Shown piece after piece: positions 1 to 10,490 of a DNA stretch of 64,000 nucleotides. This DNA comes from Promethearchaeota archaeon (lineage in GTDB: Archaea; Asgardarchaeota; Lokiarchaeia; Sigyniarchaeales; SOKP01), in the NCBI GenBank assembly GCA_016839555.1, contig JAEOUA010000010.1, forward strand, positions 64,001 to 128,000. Direction: 5' to 3'. Each line of letters starts with the position of its first letter. The first letter of the stretch is position 1. The notes under the pieces were generated by a model, which was not told the origin of the DNA, did not search any database, and saw nothing but the letters and a program-made list of their open reading frames with translations. The translations under genes were made by a program, and so were the position numbers.

Positions 1-258
1 AGCAAGATATACAAGATTAATAAAAAGGAGATTTCTCATCTTTATCTTAATATCTGAGGGATATTCGTTATATACAGACAAAAAATAATTTTTCAACTTA
101 TTATAAAATTTGAACATAGGAGAATAATTACATATTTAGTTTTATAAATTTTCATTTTTGAATAATTATCACTTTTAAATTTAAGCTAAAAATTCATTAT
201 TAAAAGCATCTATAGATAGATATAATTAAATGGTTTAATTCTCATAATTAGAAATCAT

Positions 259-1197
259 ATGAAATATTTATATGGTCCCGTTCCGAGTCGAAGATTGGGG
301 CAGAGTTTGGGTGTAGATCCCATTCCAAGTAAGACATGTAATTATCAGTGCATCTATTGTCAACTCGGAAGAACCAGTAATTTTACAAATCTGAGAAAAA
401 ATTATTATCCAAAAGAAGAAATATTTAATGAATTAAAAACAGTATTAACCGAAAAAAAGCCATATTTTGATTATCTTACTTTTGTGGGCAGTGGTGAGCC
501 CACTTTATATAAAGATTTGGGAGATCTCATTTCTTATGCAAAAGAATATACAGAAAAACCGATATGTGTAATCACAAACGGTTCCTTACTTTATAAAAGT
601 GAGGTCAGAGATGATTTATATGATGTTGAAGTTGTGTTACCTACTTTAGATGCGGGAGATGAAAAAACTTTTCGGTTGATTAATAGACCTCATCCTGAGA
701 TTAAATTTAAAGATCTAATAGAGGGATTTATTGAATTTAGAAACCACTATGATGGTCAATTTTGGGTTGAAGTTATGTTGGTTAAGAATGTAAATGATTC
801 AAAAGAAGAATTGCTTAAAATAAAAGATAAAATGGACTTAATAGAGCCCGATAGAATAGATATTAACGTCCCCATTCGCCCACCCGCAGAAAGTTGGGTT
901 GAAATTCCAAATAAATCCGTTATAAGTAGATTAAATGAGGTTTTCATTGATTATAATAATATTAATTTTCCAGAGATGGGGCATTTTAAATTTTATTCAT
1001 CTGATTTTGAAAAGGAACTCTTATCCATTATAGAACGGCATCCTATGAGAGAGGACCAAATTTTAGAAAGCTTTTCATCTCCAAATCTTAGTAAGCAAGA
1101 GATTCAAGAAAAACTTTCCTTGCTGGAAAAGCAAAACAAAATAACGGGAATGAATTATCATAATAATAAGTTTTGGAAACTAAAAATTATTAAATGA
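259..1197 (+). CDS. Radical SAM Fe-S protein (COG0731-like)
   Basis: YGPVPSRRLGQSLG start, CxxxCxxC (CNYQCIYC), GSGEPTL and ITNGSLL motifs. Confidence 0.9.
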   Translation: MKYLYGPVPSRRLGQSLGVDPIPSKTCNYQCIYCQLGRTSNFTNLRKNYYPKEEIFNELKTVLTEKKPYFDYLTFVGSGEPTLYKDLGDLISYAKEYTEKPICVITNGSLLYKSEVRDDLYDVEVVLPTLDAGDEKTFRLINRPHPEIKFKDLIEGFIEFRNHYDGQFWVEVMLVKNVNDSKEELLKIKDKMDLIEPDRIDINVPIRPPAESWVEIPNKSVISRLNEVFIDYNNINFPEMGHFKFYSSDFEKELLSIIERHPMREDQILESFSSPNLSKQEIQEKLSLLEKQNKITGMNYHNNKFWKLKIIK

Positions 1198-1296
1198 ACT
1201 AAAATATCTTTGAAAGTGATAAGTATTAAATGATTATACATATAATCTTTAATATAATAAGTATAAGTTTGAATAATACACTACAAAGGATTTATT

Positions 1297-1716
1297 GTGA
1301 AAACTAACAGCTTAAATTCTAATATACCTCTTATAAAAGGTATTGTGATATGTAAAGATTCTGGAGAATACGTATTTGACTTAATGATTGACTCAGATTT
1401 AAATCCATTGTTACTGTCCTCATATGTTGGCGCTTTATCTTTGTTTGGACATGATAACGTGGGAAAAATTGATGAAATCATTATCAAAAGCAATAATATT
1501 GAAATGCTTATCATTAACAATTATAAATTAGTGTTTATCACGATATTAGATAAAACTTTTGCTATTAACCATGATTTTAAAAATGAAGCAGAGAGTTTAT
1601 TAAAAACTTTTTATGAAACTTATAAAGAGGACATCAATTCCGTGGAAGTAGGAAAATTCGAACCTTTTAAAAAATTATTAAAAAACAAATTAAAAGAATT
1701 TTTGGAAACAAACTGA
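1297..1716 (+). CDS. Stand-alone longin-like domain protein
   Basis: IKGIVICKDSG beta start, LLSSYVGALSLFG helix, beta hairpins and C-terminal F...Y...FEPFKK helices typical of Asgard longins. Confidence 0.65.
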   Translation: MKTNSLNSNIPLIKGIVICKDSGEYVFDLMIDSDLNPLLLSSYVGALSLFGHDNVGKIDEIIIKSNNIEMLIINNYKLVFITILDKTFAINHDFKNEAESLLKTFYETYKEDINSVEVGKFEPFKKLLKNKLKEFLETN

Positions 1717-1822
1717 TGTTTAATTAAATAGATATTCCCTCTACTAAACTCTTTTTCGTTTTTGATTTAATATAATAGACTTTATAATAAAATTGTCAAT
1801 AACAAATAAGTAATTTATTTTA

Positions 1823-2722
1823 CTAAAATTCAGGGGTTCTTTTCTTAAAAATTAAACTTCCCTGATCTACCCCAAATATTCGCTCCATTAATGAACATTT
1901 TGCTTTTAAGAGATAAAAAATATTTTTATTTTGGATCTTTGATTGAATAGATGTGTTTCCCGTAAGAGTTTCAAAATTTCCTTGTCCTTTTGATAAAATT
2001 AAACAGTCTTCTTCAAAAAAATAATGCTTAAATTCCTCGGTAACATCCGAAAAATCAATTCCTGGGGCACCACTGGACTCTATTACTTTCACTAACTTTG
2101 TTAATGATATATCTTTAGCATCTTCTATGGTAGCATCATTAATAATTGGAGCAGAGCGAACGGCACAAATTATCTCTAATTCAGGATATTCCGATAACAA
2201 CATCTCTATTAAAATTTTATCAAATACAATCTCTCCGGTGTTATCTAATATAATCAATAACCGCTTTTCTTTCTCTAACAATTTTTTAAATATAGGATAA
2301 TCATTAATCACTAAATCTTTTGGAGAAAATCTTTTTAAGTCATTTATAATGTCGATTTTATGCTGACTCGCAAAATCAATAGTATTTGCCAACGCTGATA
2401 CAATTATTGCCTCAAATACAGGATCTTGACCACTTTTTACAAAATTTTTCACTTCATCGTAATATTTTAATGCAAGTTGATTATAATGATGCTTCAGCTT
2501 TTTATATGGATCCTTAACCTTCATCATCTCGCCAACTAAATTGTATAAATATTTTCCCACTATCGGCGAGGAAATCTTCTCTACATCGTTGTCAAGTAGA
2601 AATTTCATAAGCTCTTTTTGTGCTTTCAAAATTACGGAAGGTTCAATGTCTGGCTTTAGCAATGTAAACGCTTGAACCATTTGATTAAAAAGACAACCTA
2701 TGCATTCCGGATGAAGCTTCAT
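1823..2722 (-). CDS. DUF89/ARMT1-like damage-control phosphatase
   Basis: ECIGC start, ANTIDF, DNTGEIVFD, PIINDAT, SKGQGNFE and KAKC motifs. Confidence 0.9.
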   Translation of the reverse strand: MKLHPECIGCLFNQMVQAFTLLKPDIEPSVILKAQKELMKFLLDNDVEKISSPIVGKYLYNLVGEMMKVKDPYKKLKHHYNQLALKYYDEVKNFVKSGQDPVFEAIIVSALANTIDFASQHKIDIINDLKRFSPKDLVINDYPIFKKLLEKEKRLLIILDNTGEIVFDKILIEMLLSEYPELEIICAVRSAPIINDATIEDAKDISLTKLVKVIESSGAPGIDFSDVTEEFKHYFFEEDCLILSKGQGNFETLTGNTSIQSKIQNKNIFYLLKAKCSLMERIFGVDQGSLIFKKRTPEF

Positions 2723-2835
2723 TGCAGATGATAACTCTTTTAGATAGAAAAAGGCGTAAAAGTATTAAATTCTTGGATTTTGTGGATAATTTCTTATTAA
2801 ATAAAAAAAAATAAAAAAAAAAATAGAAGAGAGAT

Positions 2836-4251
2836 TTATACTTTCTGCATTGCTTTTTGCTTGGCCAGTTTTTCTTCTTCTGTCAACTCCACTTCTCCAC
2901 GCTTTACAAAGAACATAAATATCAGCGCTAACACAAAGAATACGGAAACCATCAGGAAAAACGTAATTTGCCCAAATAAATCTGTGAGGGCTCCAATTAT
3001 ATATGGCCCCAGAATTGCTGCTAACACACTGAAAAAGTAATAAGCTCCGGTGTACGTCCCTATCTTTTCTGCAGATGGCGCCAATTCCCATACAATGACT
3101 ATCGAATTCACATTTATACATGCCCAACCCATGCCGAATATGATCAAGATAATTATAAGAAGGATTAAGTTGGCTTGAATTATAAAACCAATTACCGTAA
3201 CGACAATTATTATTATTAAGCCGATCTTAATGGTTAATCGTCGACCTATTTTTCCAGCAATGATACCCGCGGGTAAGGCAAATATTATAAATGGTATGGC
3301 AACGAAATTAAATAAAAATCCTGCGGTACCTCTTGTCCCTACTATGGCAAGCCCTTCTGGGCCGGCATAAATAGAGAATAATGCTTCTGCGCCGTTGTAG
3401 CCCACGAACCAGCCAAATATCGCTAATAAAATAAACAAAGTGCTCTTATCCTCTTCTTTGAGAATATATTTAAGGCTTTTAAAGATTCCTGGCTTTTCTA
3501 TTCTTGGTTGAATCTCAGATATACCTTCTTTTCCCCCTTGCTCCATTTCTAGAATTAATTGATAGCTATATGCGTCTTTTTCTTTAACCTTTAGAAGGAG
3601 AATAATTAATGCCACGATCATAACAATAGAACCTATGATGAATGTGATTTCAAATCCAATATAATCCGAAGCAAGACTAAGTGTAAATGCCGCTATCGAA
3701 CCTACTCCTCCCATTAAATTAATAATGGCATTAGCTTTGCTACGATTATGAGGGCGGATGAAATCGGGCATTAAAGCAACGGCTTGAGAACGATAGAATC
3801 CCATGCTTATTGAAAAGAGTGCCATCCATAGAATCAAGAGCCAAAATCCTATTCCTAGACCACCAGAATCAGAGAAAGTTTTTGGTATTTTAATTACAAA
3901 TCCCAAAATGTCCAATTCCGTATATTTCGGCGTCCCAAATCCCGTGGGAATCAAAGCAAAAAAGATGGCGGCTGCAATAGTCCCAACGATTATGTATGGT
4001 ATTCGGCGTCCTAAACGGGTACGTGTTGAATCTGAAACGCCGCCCATGATGGGTTGGATAACCACTCCAACCATATTATCCATAGCCATTAAAAGACCAA
4101 CGATACCATATGTACCAAGATATAGAAAAAGCGCTTGATTGACTTGCGTGTTGTAAAGCGACCAGGATATACCAGTCGTAAAAAACGCAAACCCAATAAA
4201 GAAAGTCAGTTTGTAATCTAATTTTCCTTTAGACTGATTTTGTTCAGACAT
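2836..4251 (-). CDS. MFS transporter (SLC45/sugar-transporter-like)
   Basis: About 12 hydrophobic segments; SDSTRTRLGRRIPY and GKIGRR MFS loop motifs. Confidence 0.88.
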   Translation of the reverse strand: MSEQNQSKGKLDYKLTFFIGFAFFTTGISWSLYNTQVNQALFLYLGTYGIVGLLMAMDNMVGVVIQPIMGGVSDSTRTRLGRRIPYIIVGTIAAAIFFALIPTGFGTPKYTELDILGFVIKIPKTFSDSGGLGIGFWLLILWMALFSISMGFYRSQAVALMPDFIRPHNRSKANAIINLMGGVGSIAAFTLSLASDYIGFEITFIIGSIVMIVALIILLLKVKEKDAYSYQLILEMEQGGKEGISEIQPRIEKPGIFKSLKYILKEEDKSTLFILLAIFGWFVGYNGAEALFSIYAGPEGLAIVGTRGTAGFLFNFVAIPFIIFALPAGIIAGKIGRRLTIKIGLIIIIVVTVIGFIIQANLILLIIILIIFGMGWACINVNSIVIVWELAPSAEKIGTYTGAYYFFSVLAAILGPYIIGALTDLFGQITFFLMVSVFFVLALIFMFFVKRGEVELTEEEKLAKQKAMQKV

Positions 4252-4451
4252 GATTACACCACTTTGATTAATTAATTTTTAAAAAATATTACTAGATTTA
4301 AATAGATTTTGTTCTATAAAAATCCTTAGATAATAGGGTTAATAATAAAATTCAATAAGAAATAAGACAAAATCTACGAAAATAGAATCAATTTAATGAG
4401 TAGAATATTTCAAAATATTATCAAACAAATAATAAGGAAAAGGAAAAAAAG

Positions 4452-4604
4452 TTAAGGTGTGATACTAATATTAATAGTGTTTATATCTTCTGGAATTCCT
4501 TTAATTGATTTCAAGAAGCCCATAGTGATATTTTTAAGCATGGCTTGCATAATCTCGTTCAAAGGAATCTCTTTTTCATTTACTTCTAATTTAATTTCTG
4601 CCAT
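4452..4604 (-). CDS. Small 50-aa protein resembling the MobB C-terminal domain (absent from the ORF track)
   Basis: Hand translation MAEIKLEVNEKEIPLNEIMQAMLKNITMGFLKSIKGIPEDINTINISITP*, ATG at 4604; LxVNxKEIPLN...G..KS.KG pattern. Confidence 0.65.
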   Translation of the reverse strand: MAEIKLEVNEKEIPLNEIMQAMLKNITMGFLKSIKGIPEDINTINISITP

Positions 4605-4810
4605 TTTTTATCTATACCTTTGTATTGTTTGATTTGAAGAAAATTCTTTCAGCTTTAAATAAATTTAGGTTTTGATTTATAAAAAGAGAAATGATGATTT
4701 TTAGAATTGAGTTTTAGAGCTTAAATCAAAAATGGAAAGTTATTAAGCATTGAGAGGAGAAATATCGAATATATAACACAGAAAAACTGACCCAAAATAT
4801 TCTAATAGGA

Positions 4811-5209
4811 TTAATTAAGATCTTCATTAAGATTATAGAGTGCTTCTGAGACCTTTTTATTAAGGTGATGTTCAATTTTGCAGCAAATTTCTTCAATAGA
4901 AACATCTTCTTCACTCAAATTTAATACATTCAGAAAAAAATCTTTTAAGACTTCATATCTTTTTACGATTTTTTTTCCAATTTGTTTTCCTTTCTGGGTT
5001 AATCGCATGGACTTACGAGGCTTCCAATCAATAAGATCTAATTCAGCAAGTTTATATAACATATTGGTAACTGATGAGGGCTTCACATTTAATAAATCTG
5101 CAATTTCTGAATTAGAGACCCATCCTCCATGGTTTCGTTTTGAAATTAAATAGATTGCTTTTAAATAATTCTCTTGGCTTTCCGGTAGTTTTTCTGATAT
5201 TTCTTCCAT
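4811..5209 (-). CDS. DtxR/MntR family metal-dependent regulator
   Basis: ENYLKAIY, HTH (EIADLLNVKPSSVTNML), LTQKG wing, CKIEHH metal site. Confidence 0.9.
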   Translation of the reverse strand: MEEISEKLPESQENYLKAIYLISKRNHGGWVSNSEIADLLNVKPSSVTNMLYKLAELDLIDWKPRKSMRLTQKGKQIGKKIVKRYEVLKDFFLNVLNLSEEDVSIEEICCKIEHHLNKKVSEALYNLNEDLN

Positions 5210-5257
5210 TTTATCTTGTTAGTTTTTAATTTTTTCAAAAAAAAATAAAAAAAAATA

Positions 5258-5641
5258 TTATTTTTGTTCTAGATCACTAATTCTTTTAGAGATATCTTCT
5301 AGTGCACTTTTAATTCCATTCATGTCGGATTCTAAATAATCTTTTTCTTGTTTGAGCATATTAAGCTGCTGTTCATCACTTAAAGGTGCTGCGGGGGCAA
5401 CAGGATAAGTACCAGGTGCGGCAACAGGAGGGACGTATGCGCGAAAACCCCATCCTCTGCCACGTCCCCATGCCATACCTCTTCCATATCCTCTAAAACC
5501 TCTCCCTCGTCCCCATCCCCAGGCCATACCCATTCCTGGGCCTTTTGTGTATCCGGGGGAGCTATATCCAGCACAATAACCTAATCCTCTACCCGTCATA
5601 GGACCTAGTCCGCCAGGTCCAGTACCATCTCCTCCAGGCAT
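5258..5641 (-). CDS. DUF5320 family protein
   Basis: MPGGDGTGPxGxGPMTGRGLGYC signature, RG-rich middle, C-terminal coiled coil; GGAGG SD upstream. Confidence 0.9.
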   Translation of the reverse strand: MPGGDGTGPGGLGPMTGRGLGYCAGYSSPGYTKGPGMGMAWGWGRGRGFRGYGRGMAWGRGRGWGFRAYVPPVAAPGTYPVAPAAPLSDEQQLNMLKQEKDYLESDMNGIKSALEDISKRISDLEQK

Positions 5642-5692
5642 TTTAATTTATAACCTCCTTTTATAAATAATTTTGAAATTTTTTTAATTGTC

Positions 5693-5716
5693 AATATTGA
5701 ATAATTATTCATTATT
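5693..5716. promoter_or_regulatory. Palindromic putative operator
   Basis: Perfect 14-bp palindrome TGAATAATTATTCA (5698-5711), extending to 24 bp with one mismatched pair, in the divergent intergenic region. Confidence 0.45.
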
Positions 5717-5947
5717 TTTAAATGTTCGGGTAAAAAAAGGAAAACAAAAAATAATACTTCTTAAAATGTAAATACCAATGAGATTAATTTAAAAATTGAG
5801 GAATTAAAACAAAAGATCGAGAAAAAAATTAAATTAATATAATTTTTATTAACTATCGTGTTTTTTTTTTTTAACATTAATGTTTATTTATAAAAATAGC
5901 TTAATGCATATTATAAAATTTCAATTAATCAATAATGATTAGGAGAA

Positions 5948-6793
5948 GTGATTAAAATGGAAATCGGTGTATTAAAATTAAGAGAAGATGTCAAACAACC
6001 ATATGAAATTATTTCTACTTCTGATGGAAAGACTTTATTTTTAAGAGAATGGTCTCCTTCTAAGTCTTCAAATATAGCGATTCTTATTTTTCACGGAATA
6101 ACTGGCCATAGTGGTCCTTATGAAATGTTTGGAGAACCGGTATCAAAAATGGGGTATGCTGTATATGGATTAGATCTACGGGGTCACGGATTATCAGAAG
6201 GGATAAGAGGAGATTATCCAAGTAAAGAGCGATTAATAGAGGATATTGGTGAAACGATATCATTTTTAAAGAAAAAATATGCTAAATTAATAATATTTGG
6301 ACATAGCTTGGGTGTTTTAACAGCACTTATGGCATGCAACTTCTATTTAGATCAAATTGATGGGCTAATTCTTTTAAGTGCAGCTAGAGAAACCAGACCA
6401 GGGGTATATAAAAAACTAAGTTTTTTTAAAACATTGAAGATTTTGTTTAGTTCTCTTATAAAACCCAAAAAACCTGTTATATCGTATTATCGCGATGGTA
6501 TGACAGGGTTAGATGATCCATTATTTAATTTTAAATATACTTTTCGATTCATGAGAATATTTGATGCGAAAACGCTTTCATTTCCTGAGAAGTTAGATTT
6601 TCCTGTTCTATTAGGGGTTGGAGAAAATGATGAGATTTTTACTGCGGAAGCTGCTCGCTCTTTATTTAATGAAATCCCGAGTGATAATAAAGAATTTATT
6701 GTCTTACCCAGAGCAAAACATGCTGACTTCCCAGAAAATTCATTGAAAGAGCTAATTGATTGGTTAAATACTAATTTTAAATTAAAAAGTTAA
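5948..6793 (+). CDS. Alpha/beta hydrolase (monoacylglycerol lipase/lysophospholipase-like)
   Basis: HGITGH, DLRGHGLSEG, GHSLG nucleophile elbow, downstream D and H triad residues. Confidence 0.9.
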   Translation: MIKMEIGVLKLREDVKQPYEIISTSDGKTLFLREWSPSKSSNIAILIFHGITGHSGPYEMFGEPVSKMGYAVYGLDLRGHGLSEGIRGDYPSKERLIEDIGETISFLKKKYAKLIIFGHSLGVLTALMACNFYLDQIDGLILLSAARETRPGVYKKLSFFKTLKILFSSLIKPKKPVISYYRDGMTGLDDPLFNFKYTFRFMRIFDAKTLSFPEKLDFPVLLGVGENDEIFTAEAARSLFNEIPSDNKEFIVLPRAKHADFPENSLKELIDWLNTNFKLKS

Positions 6794-6823
6794 CTTCAAT
6801 TCATATTTGTAGGTTGATGTAAT

Positions 6824-7648
6824 ATCTCTAATCAAATTAAAAATGTAAGTATTATTGGTATAGGAAATTTAGGCAAACAAATTGCTGAATGGTCCGCGCT
6901 TCATAACTATAAGGTTAGTATTTTTGATATTAACCAAGAAGGTATAAAAGAATATATCGATGAGGCACTTAAAAAGATAAGAGAGAAGAATGTGAGTGGA
7001 GAAATTTTAAACCACAATTCAATTAAAGAAGCGGTAAAGAATGCAGACCTTATTATTGAAGCAGTCCCAGAAAAGTTAGAACTTAAAAAAGACGTTTTTT
7101 CTCAAATCGATAAAGCGGCTCCTCCTCATGCCATAGTTGCTACTAATAGTTCTTCAATACCAATTTCAAGAATTGAAAATGCTGTTAAGCGTAAGGATAA
7201 AGTGTTAAATATCCATTTCTATAAATTGCCTGATTTTCCTATGGCAGATATAGCACGTGGAACTAAAACCAGTAATGAGTCTTTCAATACCGGTAAAAAG
7301 TGGCTAGAAAGTATCGATATGACTCCATTAGTATTAAAGAAAGAATGCCTTGGTTTTGTATTTAATAGAGTATGGCGCGCTATTAAAAAGGAAGGTTTGA
7401 AAATATGGGCAGGGGGGTATGCTGATTTAGAAGATGTGGATAAAGCATGGAAAATCTTCACTGGGATGCCTTTAGGACCGTTTGAGCTAATGGACATTGT
7501 TGGCTTAGATGTGGTATATGATATCGAACTTATGTATTATAGAGAAAGTGGAGATCCCAATGATAAACCCCCAAATATGCTTAAAGAGATGGTAGATAAG
7601 AGTTATCTTGGAGTTAAATCCGGGAAAGGATTTTACGAGTATAAATAA
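6824..7648 (+). CDS. 3-hydroxyacyl-CoA dehydrogenase; true start lies upstream of the track ORF (6992)
   Basis: Frame is open from 6818 and encodes VSIIGIGNLGKQIA (GxGxxG); also EAVPE, TNSSS, GFVFNR and GPFELMDIVGLD; no ATG/GTG/TTG before the Rossmann motif, so ATC at 6824 is proposed. Confidence 0.85.
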   Translation: MSNQIKNVSIIGIGNLGKQIAEWSALHNYKVSIFDINQEGIKEYIDEALKKIREKNVSGEILNHNSIKEAVKNADLIIEAVPEKLELKKDVFSQIDKAAPPHAIVATNSSSIPISRIENAVKRKDKVLNIHFYKLPDFPMADIARGTKTSNESFNTGKKWLESIDMTPLVLKKECLGFVFNRVWRAIKKEGLKIWAGGYADLEDVDKAWKIFTGMPLGPFELMDIVGLDVVYDIELMYYRESGDPNDKPPNMLKEMVDKSYLGVKSGKGFYEYK

Positions 7649-7901
7649 GTAAATTGTTAAGGCAGGTATAATAGGAACATTTTATACAAAATTCCTTGGA
7701 AAAATAATAATGAAAAACCGGATATTCTATTTAGAACTGCAATGTGGAGTTAATATACAATTTATTTTTTTTTTCTTAAATTCTATTTCAAATGTAATTT
7801 TTATTGCTTATTCTTTTTTAGGATAAATAGTAAAACATAACTTTGGTATTTATGATCTAAAGGAAGAACTTTTAATAATTAAAATAATCCTATTATTATC
7901 A

Positions 7902-8528
7902 ATGTCGAATGAAGATTTAGAAAGTAAAATCTCCTTATTTAGGAAGAAAGTAAGAAATCTCTTTACGGAAATCCAAGAGGGTTTTTCCAGCTTATATACT
8001 GATAATGAGGATTATATCACCCTCAGAATTTCTGTTGAGAAGGCAGAACAAATTGCGGAAAAGAAATTGAAGCATTATATTAATACCCATAAAATAAATA
8101 TTAAGATTCGAGAAGCAAAAGAAAGAGACATTCCAAAAATAAATGAAATTTATCATCGCTCGTGGAAAGCTTCGGAATTACCAATGAAAGAAGTGACAGA
8201 AGAACTCTTAATGGAGATTTTTCAAGATTCTGACACTCATTTTTTATTAGCCCGCTTAGATTCAGAAGATGTGGGGTTTATCTTAATTGAATTCAATAAG
8301 CTAAATCGGGAAATTGGATTAATTTCAGGATTAGGAGTTTTACCGAGATATCAAAAAGGAGGAATTGGGAAATATCTTTCCCTAGAAGCATGGAAATTTT
8401 TTAAGGATAAACGTGTGAAAGAATTACGCTGTGAAGTATATAAGAAAAATGAAATGGCAAAACGTTTCATTAAAGATCTCGGTTTTGAAGAAAGAGGCAT
8501 CCCTCCAAGTCCATATACCTTAAAATAA
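7902..8528 (+). CDS. GNAT family N-acetyltransferase
   Basis: LGVLPRYQKGGIG acetyl-CoA motif A; N..A..F...LGF motif B. Confidence 0.85.
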   Translation: MSNEDLESKISLFRKKVRNLFTEIQEGFSSLYTDNEDYITLRISVEKAEQIAEKKLKHYINTHKINIKIREAKERDIPKINEIYHRSWKASELPMKEVTEELLMEIFQDSDTHFLLARLDSEDVGFILIEFNKLNREIGLISGLGVLPRYQKGGIGKYLSLEAWKFFKDKRVKELRCEVYKKNEMAKRFIKDLGFEERGIPPSPYTLK

Positions 8529-8719
8529 TCGATATAAATAAGAAAATTTTAATAAAAAGGTTGTAACTTTTTGGAGATTTAAGGTTTAAAATTTATATAT
8601 CCCCAAATGATATTAAACTCTCGCAATAAATAAAATAAATTTTATCTAATTATGGGAAAAAAAGTAAAAAAAAAATAAAAAATAAGATATGAAATTCTTT
8701 ATTTACATCTGCTCATATT

Positions 8720-9220
8720 TTATTGGATTTGTATTCGTGGTTTAATAGGTGTAGCCCCTGCCATGTTAGTCATAACTGGGCAATGTTTAAGAGCTCTATC
8801 GAGTAATTCTTGAACCTTTTCTTTTGGTGCATCTGCCTTAATCCTGATCACTGGTTCAAAGTCGGTATAACCTGGTAATTCATCTTCATCAATTCCAAAT
8901 ATCCCAGATAAATTAATTTTACCTCTTGAATATATTTCCATCTTTTCTATTTTAATATCCTCAATCAATGCCCAGAATTTGACTACTGCTATGATACAGG
9001 CTCCAATAACACCTAAAATGACTAATAAAGGACTTGGTCCTTTATTTGTTCCACCCAACCCTTCAGGAGCGTCAATTAAAATTTCAAAACCATCTCCCAT
9101 ATCCACTTTAGTCTGCATTCCTTCTTCTAGCATTTCACATTTTACATTAAAATTTTTCTGTCCAGCTTCATAATTTTTTTTTATTGCTTCATACGTTTCT
9201 TTAAATCCCATTTTGTTCAA
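8720..9220 (-). CDS. OsmC/Ohr family protein
   Basis: DAPEGLGGTNKGPSP...GAC and CPV (two conserved Cys); probable start at M4 (9211). Confidence 0.85.
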   Translation of the reverse strand: MNKMGFKETYEAIKKNYEAGQKNFNVKCEMLEEGMQTKVDMGDGFEILIDAPEGLGGTNKGPSPLLVILGVIGACIIAVVKFWALIEDIKIEKMEIYSRGKINLSGIFGIDEDELPGYTDFEPVIRIKADAPKEKVQELLDRALKHCPVMTNMAGATPIKPRIQIQ

Positions 9221-9459
9221 CTTGTTATTTTAGTTTTAAAGTTATGTGAGTAAATAAAAAATAAATAAAAAGTTTTATGAATGTAAATTCACAACCTTAC
9301 TAATCACACTTTAGGAGGAATTTTAGCTTCAAATTCAAAATTTTCTTTTTTCTATGAAGTTTCATTTTTTCTTTCATAGTTGATCGACTTTTATAATCAA
9401 TAAGGAAATGATATTTAAACTATATTTGAATATCATATTATAAAAATAGCTTAATGTGA

Positions 9460-10008
9460 ATGAATCTCAAAATGGAAGAAGCGAGAACTGTTTCTGAATC
9501 AAAAACCGAAATTGCCCAATTGATGATGCCCCCCGATGCAAATCCAGCGGGGAATGTACATGGTGGAACTATTATGAAATTAATTGATCAATGTGGTGCG
9601 ATTGTTGCATCCCGCCATTGTCATTCGAATTGTGTTACTGCTTCAGTGGATCGTATTGATTTTATCAACCCAGCTTTTATGGGGAATGTTGTAATACTAA
9701 AAGGATCCTTAAACTATGTTGGAAGGACTTCGATGGAAATAGGAGTCCGAGTGGAAGATGAATGTTTAATAACAGGTGCTAAAGCGCATATAGCTACTGC
9801 CTACGTCACCTATGTTGCATTAGATGAGGATGATAATCCTAGGGAAGTACCTCGTTTAATTCCTGAGACGGAGGAAGAAAAACAGCGATTTGAAGAAGCA
9901 AAAATGCGGAGAGAAGAGAGATTAAGTCGTATTCCTAAGCATATTGAACCAAAAGAGGGACCATGCATCCAGAGACCCAGTAAAATTAAAAAAAATTGGT
10001 ATAGCTAG
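9460..10008 (+). CDS. Acyl-CoA thioesterase (hotdog fold)
   Basis: DANPAGNVHGG, VTASVD, GRTSMEIGV and YVALD motifs. Confidence 0.92.
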   Translation: MNLKMEEARTVSESKTEIAQLMMPPDANPAGNVHGGTIMKLIDQCGAIVASRHCHSNCVTASVDRIDFINPAFMGNVVILKGSLNYVGRTSMEIGVRVEDECLITGAKAHIATAYVTYVALDEDDNPREVPRLIPETEEEKQRFEEAKMRREERLSRIPKHIEPKEGPCIQRPSKIKKNWYS

Positions 10009-10067
10009 TGCCAGATTTATTCTTTTATTTTTAAAAAATATAAGAAGTTAAATTAGTTGATTTAAAG

Positions 10068-10490
10068 ATGAAAAATGAATACTCTATCGCAGCCGTCGTA
10101 ATTTATGATAAGGAGTATTTATTGCTTAAGTATGAGATGGGCCATTGGGGATTGGTAAAAGGAAATAAGGAAGAAAAAGAAACTCCAGAAGAGACGATTA
10201 TGCGAGAATTGAAGGAAGAAACAGGTATTGATAATGCCCAAATAATAAAAAATTTTGAAGAACAATATGAGTATTATTATAAATTAAAAGATGATTTGAT
10301 TCATAAATTTGTAAAATGTCTTTTAATCAAATCAAAAACAAAAAAAGTTGATCTTAGTTATGAGCATGTCGATTATGCGTGGTTACCGTTTGAGGAGGCA
10401 TTACAGCGTTTATCTCATAAAAATACGAAGAAGATACTCAAAAAAGCGAAAGAATTCCTTTCGACTCAATTAGATCGATTTCTGAATTAA
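10068..10490 (+). CDS. NUDIX hydrolase (Ap4A hydrolase-like)
   Basis: Nudix box GNKEEKETPEETIMRELKEETG; LSYEH..Y.W. Confidence 0.88.
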   Translation: MKNEYSIAAVVIYDKEYLLLKYEMGHWGLVKGNKEEKETPEETIMRELKEETGIDNAQIIKNFEEQYEYYYKLKDDLIHKFVKCLLIKSKTKKVDLSYEHVDYAWLPFEEALQRLSHKNTKKILKKAKEFLSTQLDRFLN

